Positions 1 through 12,756 are shown, numbered from the whole stretch's first letter. The stretch: DNA of 63,806 nt, filler included, from Chiloscyllium plagiosum (GCF_004010195.1; 5 parts of one record of this genome joined end to end with filler, not necessarily neighbours in it); one strand, 5' to 3'. A program made the numbers and translations. The notes: generated by a model from the letters alone, not told the origin.

Positions 1-340
1 GACATACAAGATGATCAGAGGATTAGATAGGGGGGACAGTGAGAGTTTTTTTCCTAGGATGGAGACGTCAGCTTGTACCATGGGGCAAAGCTACAAATTG
101 AGAGGTGATAGATTTAAGACAGATGTTAGAGGCAGGTTCTTTACTCAGGGAGTGGTAAGGGCGTGGAATGCCCTGCCTGCCAATGTAGTTAACTCAGCCA
201 CATTAGGGAGATTTAAACAATCCTTGGATAAGCATGTGGATGATGATGGGATAGTGTAGGGGGATGTGCTCAGATTAGTTCGCAGGTCAGCTCAACATTG
301 ATAGCCGAAGGGTCTGTTCTGCGCTGTATTGTTCTATGTT
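1..340 (+). mobile_element. CR1-clade LINE, 3' end fragment
   Basis: ORF 11..259 has the CR1 ORF2 C-terminal motif (RFKTDVRGRFFTQGVVRAWNALP); followed by a 3'UTR and GTTCTAT-type tail. Confidence 0.85.
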
Positions 341-398
341 TTATAATTAGTGTCTTAAACATAACTACAATTACAAGGATACGAAGACAGTAAAAACC

Positions 399-890
399 GA
401 ACAAACTGCAAATGCTGTAAATCAGAAACCAAAACCGAAATTGCTGGAAAAGTTCAGCAGGTCTGGCCATATCTGTGGAGAGAAGGACCCTCCAGAGAAG
501 GTTCACTTGACCTGTAGCATTAACTCTGATTTCTCTCCACACGTGGGGGGCACGGTGGCACAGTGGTTAGCACTGCTGCCTCACAGCGCCACGGACCCGG
601 GTTCAATTCCCGCCTCAGGCGACTCTCTGTGTGTAGTTTGCACATTCTCCCCGTGTCTGCGTGGGTTTCCTCCGGGTGCTCCGGTTTCCTCCCTCAAACA
701 CAAAGATGCGCAGGTTAGGTGAATTGGCCATGCTAAATTGCCCATAGTGTTAGGTGAAGGGGTAAATATAGGGGAATGGGTCTGGGTGAGTTGCGCTTTG
801 GCGGGTCGGTGTGGACTTGTTGGGCCGAAGGGCCTGTTTCCACACTAGTGCTGCTAGACCTGCTGAGCTTTTCCAGCAAATTCTGTTGTT
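399..890. mobile_element. Old fold-back Penelope-derived element (family D), split by a SINE
   Basis: gctggaaaagttcagcaggtctgg near 443-467 is inverted relative to agacctgctgagcttttccagc near 856-877; same family at 30020-30385, 40525-40630 and 61315-61500. Confidence 0.55.
546..846 (+). mobile_element. HE1-like tRNA-derived V-SINE
   Basis: Pol III A box (tggcacagtgg) and B box (ggttcaattcc), V-domain (gcacattctccccgtgtctgcgtgggtttcctccgggtgctccggtttcctcc), CR1-like tail (gggccgaagggcctgtttccacact). Confidence 0.85.
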
Positions 891-894
891 GTTA

Positions 895-3070
895 ATAAGA
901 CGACAGTGTTGGCTGAATGGACTGAGGAAATGGGGGTTCAAAATGTAAGCTGGCAGAAAAGCATTGGCAGACATTTAAGAAGATACTTCATGACTCAACA
1001 AAAATATATTCCAATGAAGAAGAAAGACTCCACCAGAAAAATACACAATCCATGGCTAACTGAGATGTAACAAATTGAATGAAAAGGTAATGCTATGAAG
1101 ATTCGTGATTGCCCAGAGATTGGAAAATCTTACCGAACCTGCAAAGCATAAGTTTATGCAAAAAAAAAAGGGGTTGGGGTGGGGGAATTTGGGAGTGAGA
1201 TATACATTACAGACAGTAAAAGCTTCTACCAGTATATAAAGAGGAAGAGTAGCTAAAGTGACTGCTGATTCCTCAAAGGGTGAGGAAATGGCAGAGGCTT
1301 TGAACAGATATTTGCTACTGGTCTTCACAGCTGAAGACACAATAAGCATTCCAAGAATATTAGTAAAAAGCAAAAGGAGAGAGGGACCTAAAACAATAGT
1401 TATCCCATGTGACAAGGTAATGGAAATAGCAACGTATCTTAATGCTGAGAAGTCCCCTGGACGTGAAAACCTGTAAAGGAATTGTCTACACAGATACTGG
1501 ACACTTCGGTTGTCATTTTCCAAAATTCCCTATGTTCTAGAAAGGTCCCAAAGGATTGGAAAAATGATAAATTTAGCACCTTTATTTAGAATGGAGAGAG
1601 ACAGAAAAGAGCAAACTGCTGTCCAGTTAGTCTGATAGACATCTATAACTGGATAATTGCTATAGTCCATTATTAAGCAAGTCATTATTAAGCAAGTCAA
1701 AACATCATCATGCAGAGTTAACATGGCTTTGTGAAAGGGATATTGTATTCAACAAATTTATTAGAGCTGTTTGGGGAGGTAATTACCCTGCTTCGGGTGA
1801 TATCTAGGGGATCAGAAAATGGGGTGATTTCCAAAGATATTCGATAAGGTGCCTTACTCCTTGAGGTAGGAACTCATGAACAGAGGACTAGCTAACTAAC
1901 AAAAGACAGAGTTGGGATAAATGGGTTATTTTTCAGGGTGGCAAGATGTAAGTCCTGCTGGATCTGGGTGGAGACTCAACTATTTGCGGTCTATATAAAT
2001 GTGAGACCGACTAATGTAGCCAAGTTTGATGATGAAAAGGCAGGTATGAAAACAAACTGGGAATAGGATTTGCAAAAGGATATTGATCGGTTAAATGAGT
2101 GAGCAAATATGCAGTAGGTGGGGTGTAATGTCAGCTTGTCCACTATGGTAGATGGAGCAGAAAGAATTACATTTAAAATGGTGAGAGACCACAGAAACAG
2201 TGGTAAAGAGGACTTTGGCTATCCTTGTTCTTGAATCACAAAAGTTTCCCATGGATTTAGGAAGCCAAATGGAGTAATGGTTCATCCAACTACAACAGAG
2301 ATAAGGAGGAATTTCTTCCCTCAGATGGTAATGGATCTGTGAAATTCTGTACCGCAGAGGGGAAAGGTTGGGTCATTAAGTACATTTAAGACTGAGATAA
2401 TCAATGAGGGAGTCAAGGATTATAAGGAAAAGACAGGAAAGTGGCGTTGAGGATTATCAGGTCAGACAAGATCTTATTGAATGACAGAGAAGACTTAATG
2501 GGCTGAATGGCCTAATTCTGCTCCCTCACCTTACGGCTTCTTTCACAGGAGGATGGAATATAAAACTAGGGAAGCCTTGCTACTACTGTCAAGGGCATTA
2601 GAAAGATTGCACCTAGAGTACTGTGAGGTGAGAGGTAGGGATCTCACAGAGTGGATGCTGATAGGATGTTTCTCCTTATGGGTCTAGAACGAGAGGGCAC
2701 AATTTCAGAATAAAGTGAAAGATTACTTAAGATGAAAATGAGGACATATTTCTTCTCCTAGTGGTTTGTTAGTGTTTAGTACAATCCTTCCCCACAAAGC
2801 AATTGAAACAAACAAATATATTCCAGGCTGCATTAGACAGAGTCTCAATCTGCAGAGGAGTCAAAAGAGAGAGCACATCAGAAATTCTGTACCCTGTAAT
2901 GGTTAGCTTACAGGCAGAATGTAAATGCTTTAGAGGCATTTCAGAGCAAGTTTATTAAACTAATACTTGAAACGGGCAGCTTGTCTTATGAGGAAAGGTT
3001 GAACAGGTTATGGCTTGTATCTGTGAAGTTTAGAGGTGTAACTTGATTGAAATATAAAATGTTAAGGGGT
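895..3070 (+). mobile_element. Degenerate CR1 LINE ORF2 fragments
   Basis: Frameshifted RT-region motifs (EMAEALNRY, KSPG, remnants of HGFVKG and FDKVP); many stops. Confidence 0.65.
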
Positions 3071-4178
3071 CATAGAAACATAGACAATAGGAGCAAGAGG
3101 AGTCCATGCAGCTCTGAGTCTGCTCTGCCATTCAGTATGATTATGGCTGTTCATCCAACTCAATATCCTGTTCTCATTCATCCCCCATATCCTTTCATCC
3201 CTTTAGCCCCAAGTGCAATGTCCAACACCTTCTTGAAATCATACAATGTTTTGGCCGCAGCTGCTTTTCTTGGTAGTGTCCAAAGTTAAAAATCACCCAA
3301 CACCAGGTTATAGTCCAACAGGTTTATTTGAAAGCACTAGCTTTTAGAGCACTGCTCCTGTAGCACTCTGAAAGCTAGTGCTTCCAAATAAACCCGTTGG
3401 ACTATAACCTGGTGTTGTGTGATTTTTAAGTTTGTACACCCCAGTCCAACACCGGCTCCTCCAAATCATTTCATGTAGTGCATTCCATAGTATCACCACT
3501 CTCTGTGTGAAGACATTTCTGCCCATCTCAATCTTAAGTTGTTTACCAAATATCCTTAAACTGTGACCCCTAGTTCTGGAGCCCCCCCCCCCTTCATTAG
3601 GAACATCCTTTCTGCAGCTGCGCTGTGTAATCCTGTTAGAATTTTATATGTTTCCCTGAGATTTCCAACACTTCCCCTCTCTCCCCAAACAGCACCACCA
3701 CCACTTCAATCCGAATCAATTTAACCTCTCTTCCTATATCAGTCCTGCCATCCTGAAATCAATCAGGTAAACCTTTGCTGCACTCCCTTTATGGCATAAA
3801 TATCCTCTCTCAGATAAGTTGACCAAAACTACATACCACACCCCAGGTGTGGTCTCACCAAGATCCTGCATAATTGCAACAAGACATCCCTGTTCTTGTA
3901 CATAAATTCTCTCGCAATGAAGACCAACGTACCGTTTGCCTCTTAGCTTCAGTGATTGGTGTACAAGGACACCCAGGTCACATAGTACATTCCCCTCTCC
4001 CAATCTATCACCATTCAGATAATAACCTGCAATCCCGTTTTTGCTCCCAAACTAGATAATCTCACATTTGTCCACATTATACTGCATCTGCCATGCACTT
4101 ATCCACTTATTCAGCCTGCCTAAGTCACATTGAAGCAACTCTATATCTTTCTCGTGGTTCACCCTCCCACCCAGCTTT
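3070..4178 (-). mobile_element. Older CR1 LINE 3' fragment
   Basis: Minus-strand GRNVFTQRVV..WNAL and DLGVLVHQSLK motifs. Confidence 0.7.
3281..3470. mobile_element. Fold-back Penelope-derived element (family B)
   Basis: caccaggttatagtccaacaggtttatttg is inverted relative to caaataaacccgttggactataacctggtg; ends in ccagtccaacaccggctcctccaaatc; same family as 7380-7625 and 16088-16202. Confidence 0.7.
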
Positions 4179-5246
4179 AGAACATAGAACAGCAGAGGCC
4201 CTTCGGCCCACGATATTGTGGCAAGCATTTATTGCAATCTAACATGAACCTAACCTACACACCACTCAATTTACTGCCATCCATGTGCTTGCCCAGCAGT
4301 CGCTTAAATGTCCCTAATGTCTCTGACTCTACTCCCATCACTGGCAGTGCATTCCATGCACCCACCACTCTCTGTGTAAAGAACCTACCTCTGACATGTT
4401 CCCTATACCTTCCTCCAATCGCCTTAAAATTACGACCCCTTGTGACAGCCATTTCTGCCCTGGGGAAACATCTCTAGCTATCTACTCTCTCTATGCCTCT
4501 CATTACCTTGCACACCCCTATCAAGTCACCTGTCTTCCTTCTGCTCTCCGGTGTGAAAAGCCCTAGCTCACTCAACCTCTCTTCATAAAAGAAGTGCTCC
4601 AATTCAGGCAGCATCCTGGTAAATCTCCTCTGCACACTCTGTAAAGCGTCTACATCCTTCCCATAATGAGGCAACCAGAACCAGACACAATATTCCAAGC
4701 GTGGTCTAACCAGGGTTTTATAGAGCTGCAGCAAAACCTCTTAAAGTCAACCCCCCTGCTAATGAAAGCCAAAACACCATATGCCTTCTTAACAACCCTA
4801 TCAACTTGGGTGGCAACTTTGAGGGATCTATGTACATGGACCCCAAGATCCTTCTGTTCCTCCATACTGCCAAGAATTCTGTCTTTAACCCTGTATTCAG
4901 CATTCAAATCCAACCTCCAAAATGAATCACTTCGCATTTATCCAGGTTGAACTCCATCTGCCATTTCTCAGCCCAGCTCTGCATCCTATGTCATGTTGTA
5001 GCCTGCAACAACCCTCAAAACTGTCTACAACACCACCGACCTTTGTGTCATCAGCAAACGTATTAACCCACCCTTCCATTTCTTCATGCAAGTCTTTGAC
5101 AAAAACGACAAAGAGCAGAGGCCCAAGAACAGATCCCTGCAGGACACCATTGGCCACCGACCTCCAGGCGGAATATTTTCCATCCACTACCACTCGCTAT
5201 CGACTTTTGGCCAACCAATTCTGTATCCAGACAGTCAAATTTCCAT

Positions 5247-5475
5247 CAAAGACTGTTGTGCTGGAAAAGCACAGCCAGTCAGGCAGCATCTGAGGAGCTG
5301 GAGAGTCGACGTTTCGGGCATAAGCCCTTCGTCAATTCATCATTTCCTGATGAAGGGCTTATGCCCAAAACGTCGACTCTCCTGTTCCTTGGATGCTGCC
5401 TGACTAGCTGCGCTTTTCCAGCAACACACTCTTCCATCTGATCTCCAGCATCTGCAGTCCTCACTTTCTCCGAGC
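5247..5475 (+). mobile_element. Fold-back Penelope-derived element (family A), hammerhead cores decayed
   Basis: TSD caaatttccat at 5236-5246 and 5476-5486; inverted arms; core reads ctgatga-a-gggcttatgccc-aaaac (G>A). Confidence 0.8.
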
Positions 5476-5635
5476 CAAATTTCCATGTATCCCATACCTC
5501 CTAACTTGAGCCTACAGTGGGAACCTTTATCAAATGCCTTACTGAAATCCACAAACACTGCTTGACCTTCGTCAACTTGTCTCGTCACATCATCAATAAG
5601 GCTTGTGAGGCATGACTGCCCCTCACAAAGCTATG

Positions 5636-5882
5636 AGGAGAAAGTGAGGTCTGCAGATGCTGGAGATCAGAGCTGGAAATGTGTTGCTGGAAAAGCGCAG
5701 CAGGTCAGGCAGCATCCAGGGAACAGGAGAATCGACGTTTCGGGCATAAGCCCTTCCTCAGGAATGGGGAAAGTTTGTGAAACTTTCCCCATTCCTGAGG
5801 AAGGGCTTATGCCCGAAACGTCGATTCTCCTGTTCCCTGGATGCTGCCTGACCTGCTGCGCTTTTCCAGCAACACATTTCCA
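5636..5882 (-). mobile_element. Perfect fold-back Penelope-derived element (family A)
   Basis: 15-bp TSD cctcacaaagctatg (5621-5635, 5883-5897); arms 5674-5776 and 5780-5882 are exact reverse complements around a gtg loop. Confidence 0.92.
5791..5826 (+). ncRNA. Minimal type I hammerhead ribozyme motif (mirror copy on minus strand at 5730-5765)
   Basis: CUGAGGA-A-[GGGC UUAU GCCC]-GAAAC-GUC: both core boxes, 4-bp helix II, palindromic ACGU helix III; helix I weak. Confidence 0.65.
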
Positions 5883-6810
5883 CCTCACAAAGCTATGCTG
5901 ACTGTCTTTAATCAAACTATGTTTTTCCAAATAGTCATAAATCCTATCTCTCAGAATCTTTTCCAGTACCTTGCTTACCACAGACATAAGACTGGCTCGT
6001 CTGTAACTCCTAGAGATTTTCCTATTCCCTTTCTCAAATAAAGGAACAACATTTGCCTCCCTCCAATCATCCTGTATTACTCCTGTGGAGAGTGAGGATG
6101 CAAAGATCATCACCAGAGGCGCAGAAATCTCATTCCTCTCTTCCCGTAGTAATCTTGGATATATCTGGTCCAGCCCTGGGGACTTATCTAGATGCTTCCC
6201 AGAATTTCCAGCACATCCACTTCCTTAATATCAATCTGTTCAAGCCTTTTAACCTGGTCCACAGTGTTCTCACTATCAACAAGGTCCCTCTCTCTAGTGA
6301 ATACTGAAGCAAAAAACTCATTTAGGGGCTCCCCTACCTCTTAGACTCGAGGCACAGGTTTCCTCCACTATCCCTGATCGGCCCTAACCTCTCTCTGATC
6401 ATTCTCTTATTGCCCACGTGTGTGTAGAATGCCTTGGGTTTTCCCTAATCCTTCCGCCAAGGCTTTTTCATGCCCCCTTCCAGCTCTCTTCTGTCCATTT
6501 TTGAGTTCTTTCCTTGTTACCCTGTAATCCTCTAAAGCTGTGCTAGATCCTTGCTTCCTCAACCTTAAGTAAGCTTCCTTCTTCCTCTTGATGAGAAGCC
6601 CCTCTTCTCTTGTCATCCAAGGCTTCTTCACCTTACCATTCCATGCCTGTCTCAGTGGGACAAAGTTATCCAACACTCACAACAAGTGCTCCTTCAACAA
6701 CCTCCACATTTCTGTTGTGCATTTCCACAGAACAATTGTTTCCAATTTATACTCCACAGTTCCTGTCTAATAGCACTATAATTTCCCCTCCCCCAATTAA
6801 ATACCTTCCC

Positions 6811-8080
6811 ATTCTGTCTGAAAACACTTTGAAAACTTGGAGATATTACGTTTAGTTCCCTCATCTAAATCATTAATGTATATTGTAAATAGCTGGGATT
6901 CAAGCACTGATCCATGCAGTACCCTACTCATTACTGGCTGCGATTCAGAAAAAGTCCCATTTATTCCTACTCTTTGTTTCCCGTCTGCCAACCCATTCTC
7001 TCTCCATCACAATACATTATCTCCAATCTTACCCTCTTTAATTTCACACACTAATCTCTTCTGTGGGACTGTGTTGAAAGCCTTCTGGAAGTCCAAATAA
7101 ACCACATCCACTGACTCACCCTCATCATCTCTACCACAGTAGTTACATCCTGAAATAATTCAAGTTGATTTGTGAAGTCTGATTCCCTTTCGGAAATCCA
7201 TGCTGAGTCTGTCCGATTATGCCATTGTTTTCAAAGTGCTCAGCTATTAATTGTTTTCTCATGGGCTCTAGCATTTTCTCCACTACCAATGTCAGGCTGA
7301 TTGGTCAATAATTCCCTGTTTTCTCTCTACCTCCCTTTTGACATAGACAAGTTACATTAGCTATCCTCCAATCTGTATGATGTGGAGGTGCTGGTGTTGG
7401 ACTAGGGTGGACAAAGTCAGATGTCAACTTGCCTCAGGCTTGTAAAAATAGAAATAAATGTCATTTTAACACAAATTGTTACTTTGTCAAATTTTGTCCA
7501 GTACAGTAAAACAAATTACAATTGGGGGAACCTCTCACCTGTTGAAAGAAGCAACTCTCCGAAAGCTTGTGATTTCAAATAAACCTGTTGGATGATAACC
7601 TGGTGTCATGTGATTTCTGACTTTCTCTAATCTTTAGGAACTGTTCCAGAATCCCTAAGATTTCCAGAAGATGACCAATGCATCGACTATTTCTAGGGCC
7701 ACTTCCTGAAGTACTTTTGTGGATTATCAGCTCCTTGGGGATTTATCAGCCTTCAATCCCATCAATTTCCAAAACACCATTTCCCTACTCAGATTTGCTT
7801 CAGTTCCTCTCTCTTAGTAAACCCTATGTCCCCTAGCATTTCTAGATGTTACTGTGAACATAGAACCAAAGTATCTATTTAATTGGTCAGCTATTTATTT
7901 GTCCCCTTTGATAAATTCCCCTGTTTCTGACTGTCAAAGATTTATCTTTGTCTTTACCGATCTTTTTCTTTTCACATACCTAAGAAATCTTTGCGGTCAG
8001 TTTGTAAGTTTCCTACAAGCTTACTCTTGTACTCTATTTTCCTTCACTTCATCAATCCCTATGTCATCCTTTGCTGAACT
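6811..8080 (-). mobile_element. Older CR1 RT fragment with nested family-B element (about 7380-7625)
   Basis: KQRVGINGTFS..HGSVLESQLFTIYINDLDEG and DFQKAF motifs on the minus strand. Confidence 0.7.
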
Positions 8081-8447
8081 CCCACTCCTCAGATGTGTTG
8101 TTTTTTATCGTATGCCCAGATGTGGAGAGTACATTCCCTCTTACTTGAGAATTCTAGAACTATGAGTCACTCTAAAAATCAGAGATTGCCCATTTCAAAG
8201 GAAATAAGACAAGAAAATCCTCTTTGATCATCATGAGTCTTTGCAAGTCTCTTCTTGAGAAGGCAGTGGAGGCTGGGTCCTTGAATATTTTAAAAGCAGA
8301 GGTAGATAGGTTCTTGATAAGCCAAGGTTGGGTGGGGGGGGCGTGTTGGCAAGTTATTTGGGAATGTAGATTTGGAGTTACAATTAGATCAGCTATGGTC
8401 TTATTGATTGGTGGAGCAGGCTGGAGGGACTGAAGGGCCTAATCCTT

Positions 8448-8594
8448 TAGATTACTTACAGTGTGGAAACAGCCCTTCGGCCCAACAAATCCACACCGAC
8501 CCGCCAAAGTGCAACCCACCCAGACCCATTCCCCTGCATATACCCCATTCACCTAACACTACGGGCAATTTAGCATGGCCAATTCACCTAACCT
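8448..8594 (-). mobile_element. HE1-like SINE 3' fragment
   Basis: Reverse complement of the SINE 3' part seen at 715-846. Confidence 0.75.
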
Positions 8595-9179
8595 GTTCCT
8601 ATTTCCTATGAATCTTTGGAATTCTGAGCCCCAGGAAACTGTAGATGTTCAGTCAGTCCTCGAGCATATTCCAGATAGAGGTTGAGAGATTTTTGGACAC
8701 CCTGGGAATCAAGCGATATCAGGATACAGTGAGGAAGTAGTGTTAAGATTGAGGATCAGTCTTGAAGGGTTGAAGGAGCTTCTTTTTCTCTTCAGCTTAT
8801 AACCCTGCAGCCATCTGATCTTGACATTGGTCTAAGACTAGAACATCTGCCTCCATTTTGTTTTGTATGCTGTTTTTTTCATGACTTCATTTTTAAATTG
8901 CCCTTTGTTCCTTCACCTTGTTTCCTGATGATCCTCATCTGGGTTTTTCTGTTTTGTCCTTTACTGTACCCATTACCCCTCCATTTGACCTTTGCACCAT
9001 GAACACTATTGTCAACGACTCTCCTGACCCCTACCCCATGGTAGATCTTTCCTCCACTCCTTCTGCCCCATCCCTCACCCAGCCATCCCCACTCCTTTTA
9101 CATTCCTAACCTTCCCAATATTCTGAAGGGTCAGTGACCTGAACTGTTAACTTTGTTTCCCTCTCCTGGCCTGTTGGTC

Positions 9180-10360
9180 ATAATATATATGAATGACTTA
9201 AAATGAGGAAAGTGAATGTACAATTGCCAGGATCATGGATGGCACAAAAATAGGTGGGAAGTGGTGAGGGTGACACAAAGAGTTGGCAGAGCGATATCGA
9301 CAGGATCAGTGACTGAGCAAAAACTTGGCACATGGGATATAATGTAGGAAAATGTGAGGCCATGCCCTTTGGCAGGAAGAGTAGAGGAGCTGAATATTAT
9401 TTAAATGGAGAAATATTGCAGAAAGCTACAGAACAGAGGAATTTGGGAGACTGCATGCGTGACTCATTAGTTAGTGTTACAAGTTCAGTGGGTAGTAGGG
9501 CAGACAAATGGAATGTTGATCTTTGTTTTAAAGGGGCATGGAGTATAAATCTATTCAAGGCACTAGTCAGACCACAGTTGGAGCCAGAAAGTGTGGTGCT
9601 GGAAAAGCACAGCCGGTCAGGCAGAACCCGAGGAGCAGGAGAGTCGAAGTTTCAAGCATAAGCTTCTCATCAGGAATGTGATGAACAGCTTATGCTCAAA
9701 ATGTCAACTCTCCTGCTCCTCGGATGCTGCCTGACCGGCTGTGCTTTTCCAGAACCACATTTTTTGACTCTGATCTCCAGCATCTGCAGTCCTCACTTTC
9801 ACCTAGACCACAGTTGGAATACTGTGAACAGTTATGGTCCCCATATTTAACAAAAGATATTCTGCCATTGGAGACAGTTCAGAGGAGGTTCGCTCAGCTG
9901 ACTCCAGACAGGGAGGAGCTGTCTTATGAGGAGAGGTTGAGTGGGTTGGGTCTGTACTCATTGGAGATTGGATGACGAAAAGTGACCTCATTGACACGTA
10001 CAAGATGTTTAGAGGACTTAATAGGAAAGGATGTTTCTCCTCGTGGGAGAGTCGAGGACCAGAGGGCATTATTACAGAATAAAGGATTGCTCATTTAAGA
10101 CAGAGATGAGGGGGAATTTCTTCTTTTGGAGGGCAGTGAATCTGTGGAATATTTAAGTATTTTTATGGTTGAGATAGACAGACTTTTAATCAGGAAGGGA
10201 ATCAGTGGTTCTGGGAAAAAGGCAGAAAAGTGGAGTTGAGGATTATCAGATCAGCCATTGAGATTCAGCCCATTGAGTTTGCTCCGCCATTCAATGAGAT
10301 CTCATTGAATGGTGGAGCAAACTCAATGGGCTGAATGGCCTGCTGCTGCTTCTATGTCTG
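9180..10360 (+). mobile_element. CR1 LINE 3' fragment with nested family-A element (9583-9804)
   Basis: YNVGKCE..LVRPQLE/YCEQLWSPY motifs; insertion flanked by TSD agaccacagttgga (9569-9582, 9805-9818). Confidence 0.8.
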
Positions 10361-10872
10361 TTGAGTGTTATTAGCAATTCTTGTTTATTTTTATTTCAGA
10401 TTTCCAGCATCCGCAATATTTCGCTTGAGTGTTAAGAGTTCGTCTCAGCATCTTCATCCCTCAACAGGAAATAAAGGTGAATTCTGGTCATTTATATCAG
10501 TGTACTTTGTGGGATCTTGTGTGCAAACTGCCTGCTGAGTTTCCTATATTGCAACAATGACGAGGCTTTATAAAGTATTGCTGCTGGCTGTAAAGTGCTT
10601 CGGGATCTCCTGAGGCAATTACTCTTCATTCTTATTGTGCGCAGTCAGGTGAGAGAAGGATGGACAGAGAGGGAGAGAAGGATGGACGGAGAGGGAGAGA
10701 AAGATCCCACAGAAACCTGGCACCATCCCTGTTTCTGGGACTTGCCGTCTGGGGACCTAGCAAGTGAAGAAGGGGAATCAGTCTCCCTCTGTCCCCTGTG
10801 CTCTACTGAAATAACTGGGAATTTGAATGGCAGAGGGAAGGGTATTTTGTTGGAGTCTCGAGTTGATCTTGA

Positions 10873-11043
10873 TCACACCGATTCTTGGGACAGTGTATAT
10901 TCAAACACACTTCCCCGTTCGGGAAAGGAAACTCCAGACCTCTGCTTCACCGGCTCCGATCTTGGCAAATCTTCACAACTGGCTGTCACATCTTCATCCC
11001 AGCCCCAACCTCCCCCTCCGGGCGTGAGCAACAGGAAAGTGTC
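10873..11043 (-). CDS. OPLAH: 5-oxoprolinase, last coding exon
   Basis: Acceptor ttcag; translates DTFLLLTPGGGGWG...SFPERGSVFEYTLSQESV*, matching the OPLAH C-terminus (TPGGGGYG..FPEHGSVYEY..QEAV); 171 nt including TGA. Confidence 0.93.
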   Translation of the reverse strand, partial: DTFLLLTPGGGGWGWDEDVTASCEDLPRSEPVKQRSGVSFPERGSVFEYTLSQESV

Positions 11044-11056
11044 CTGAACCACAGAA

Positions 11057-11254
11057 AGAGAGAGGGAGAGAGAGAGAGAGAGACCGACAGTGAATCTGTG
11101 ATGGCCGAGAGAGAGAGTGAGAATGAGTGAGAGAGAGAGAGAGGATAAGAATGAGAGAATGTGAGTCTGTGATGGCTGAGAGAGTGAGAGAGAGAGAGAT
11201 AGACAGACAGACAGACAGTGAATCTGTGATGGCTGAGAGAGACTGAGACTGAGT

Positions 11255-11289
<35 letters not shown>

Positions 11290-11560
11290 TATGATGACCG
11301 AGAGAGAGTGAGAGTAAGAAAGAGAGAATGTGAGTCTGTGATGGCTGAGAGAGTGAGAGAGAGAGAGATAGACAGACAGACAGACAGACAGTGAATCTGT
11401 GATGGCTGAGAGAGACTGAGACTGAGTGACAGAGAGAGAGAGAGAGAGAGAGAGACAGTGAGTCTGTGATGGCCGAGAGAGAGAGTGAAGGTGAGAAAGA
11501 AAGAATGTGAGTCTGTGTGGGAAAAAAAGATTGTGAGTGAAAGAGAGAGAGAGAGAGTGA
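11057..11560. repeat. Compound (GA)n-rich low-complexity tandem repeat
   Basis: (ga)n runs interspersed with recurring gtgaatctgtgatggctgagagag units in the last OPLAH intron. Confidence 0.9.
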
Positions 11561-11678
11561 TCTTGATGTCAGAGAGGAAGAGATGGTGTAATGTGTGTGA
11601 AATGAAGTAGAATTCAGTGTTGTGGAGAGGTGTGAGCAGTTCAGTGAGAGAGAGTTTCTGAACGAGCTGTTCCCTTAC

Positions 11679-11776
11679 CCCAGCACTAACAGTGACAGAC
11701 GTCTTTGCTCCAAGGTTGACGGTCCTCCCATCCGCCCGGATCAGCAGGTTGAGCCCTCTGGCTCCCGGCTTCCCTC
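11679..11776 (-). CDS. OPLAH: 5-oxoprolinase exon
   Basis: ctgcag/gtaagg boundaries; [32 protein letters not shown]; 98 nt, phase 1 to 0. Confidence 0.95.
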
Positions 11777-12029
11777 CTGCAGAAAGCATTGAAACCAGGA
11801 TTAAACATACCGGAGAATGGATGTGGCTCTGTCTGGAAACCACTGCTAATTACTGCTTACCTCCCTACCTCCCAAATTGCCCCTCATCTCCACCTCCCAA
11901 AATATCTCTCAACTTCACCATACTCCTTAACCCCACATCCTGTCTCAAGAACATGAGAACTACATGTGGAGGCAGGCCATTCGAGAGACAGTATGTGTTA
12001 CAGTACTCGAGAGTCACTGCATTCGAGAG

Positions 12030-12245
12030 AGAGTGTGTGTGTGTGTGTGTTACTGTATTTGAGTGTGTATGTGTGTGTACATGCGCAGCTGTGTGTGAGT
12101 GTGCATGTGTGGGTACATGCGTGTGTGTGTATATATACGCACGCACCTGTGTGTGTGTGGGTGGGTGGGTATATGCCTGTGTATGTGTATGCCTGTATGT
12201 ATGTGTGTGTGGTATATGCCTCTGTGTGTGTGTGTGTGTGTGTGA
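12030..12245. repeat. Degenerate (TG)n microsatellite
   Basis: Direct inspection. Confidence 0.9.
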
Positions 12246-12313
12246 CAGAGATTGCAGGATCTGCTGTAATGTTCTTCTCCATTAACCCATTTGAACGTTT
12301 CTTTACTTCTTAC

Positions 12314-12474
12314 CGTTTAGTCCATAGGGGCAGAACGTTCGTCGCTCTGTCAGCACGGAGAGGACGACTCTCTCTCGGAACAGCAGCTCCCGAATAACCC
12401 CGTCACCCCCGGGATGGTGACCTTGGCCCCCTGATCCATGGTTCAGTTCAAATCTCTTCAGGATGACGGGATAT
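12314..12474 (-). CDS. OPLAH: 5-oxoprolinase exon
   Basis: cccag/gtaaga boundaries; [53 protein letters not shown]; 161 nt, phase 2 to 1; absent from the ORF track. Confidence 0.95.
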
Positions 12475-12756
12475 CTGGGAATGAATCCAAGAAGGACTAA
12501 TGGAAATCACAAACCGAAGGCAGAAATGCATGTTCCCAGCAATGTTGGGATTCTGTTACTGGGCCGGTAACCCAGAGAACGGTAGTTCAAATCCCTCCAC
12601 AGCAAATCAGAACTCTGAGTCTGGTTCTATCAAGATTAAAATGCCGACGTCAATAAAAGTGATGAATAAATTACCTTAACAAGAACTTACCTTACATTCT
12701 GGCCTGGTCTGGGTTGATTCTGAAACAAGTGACAATGTTTGGTTTGGGAACTGTAC

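Larger units (their letters stand above)
4179..6810 (-). mobile_element. CR1 LINE ORF2 (RT) fragment with two nested PLE-derived insertions
   Basis: Minus ORFs carry DWREANVVPLFEKG, DFSKAFDK, QGSVLGPLLF, FADDTK, LYKTLVRPRLEYC and FFTQRVVGAWNALP. Confidence 0.9.

Noticed and set aside
546..620. tRNA gene
   Set aside because: It is the tRNA-derived head of a SINE, continuous with the V-domain and tail; the same applies to the other copies.
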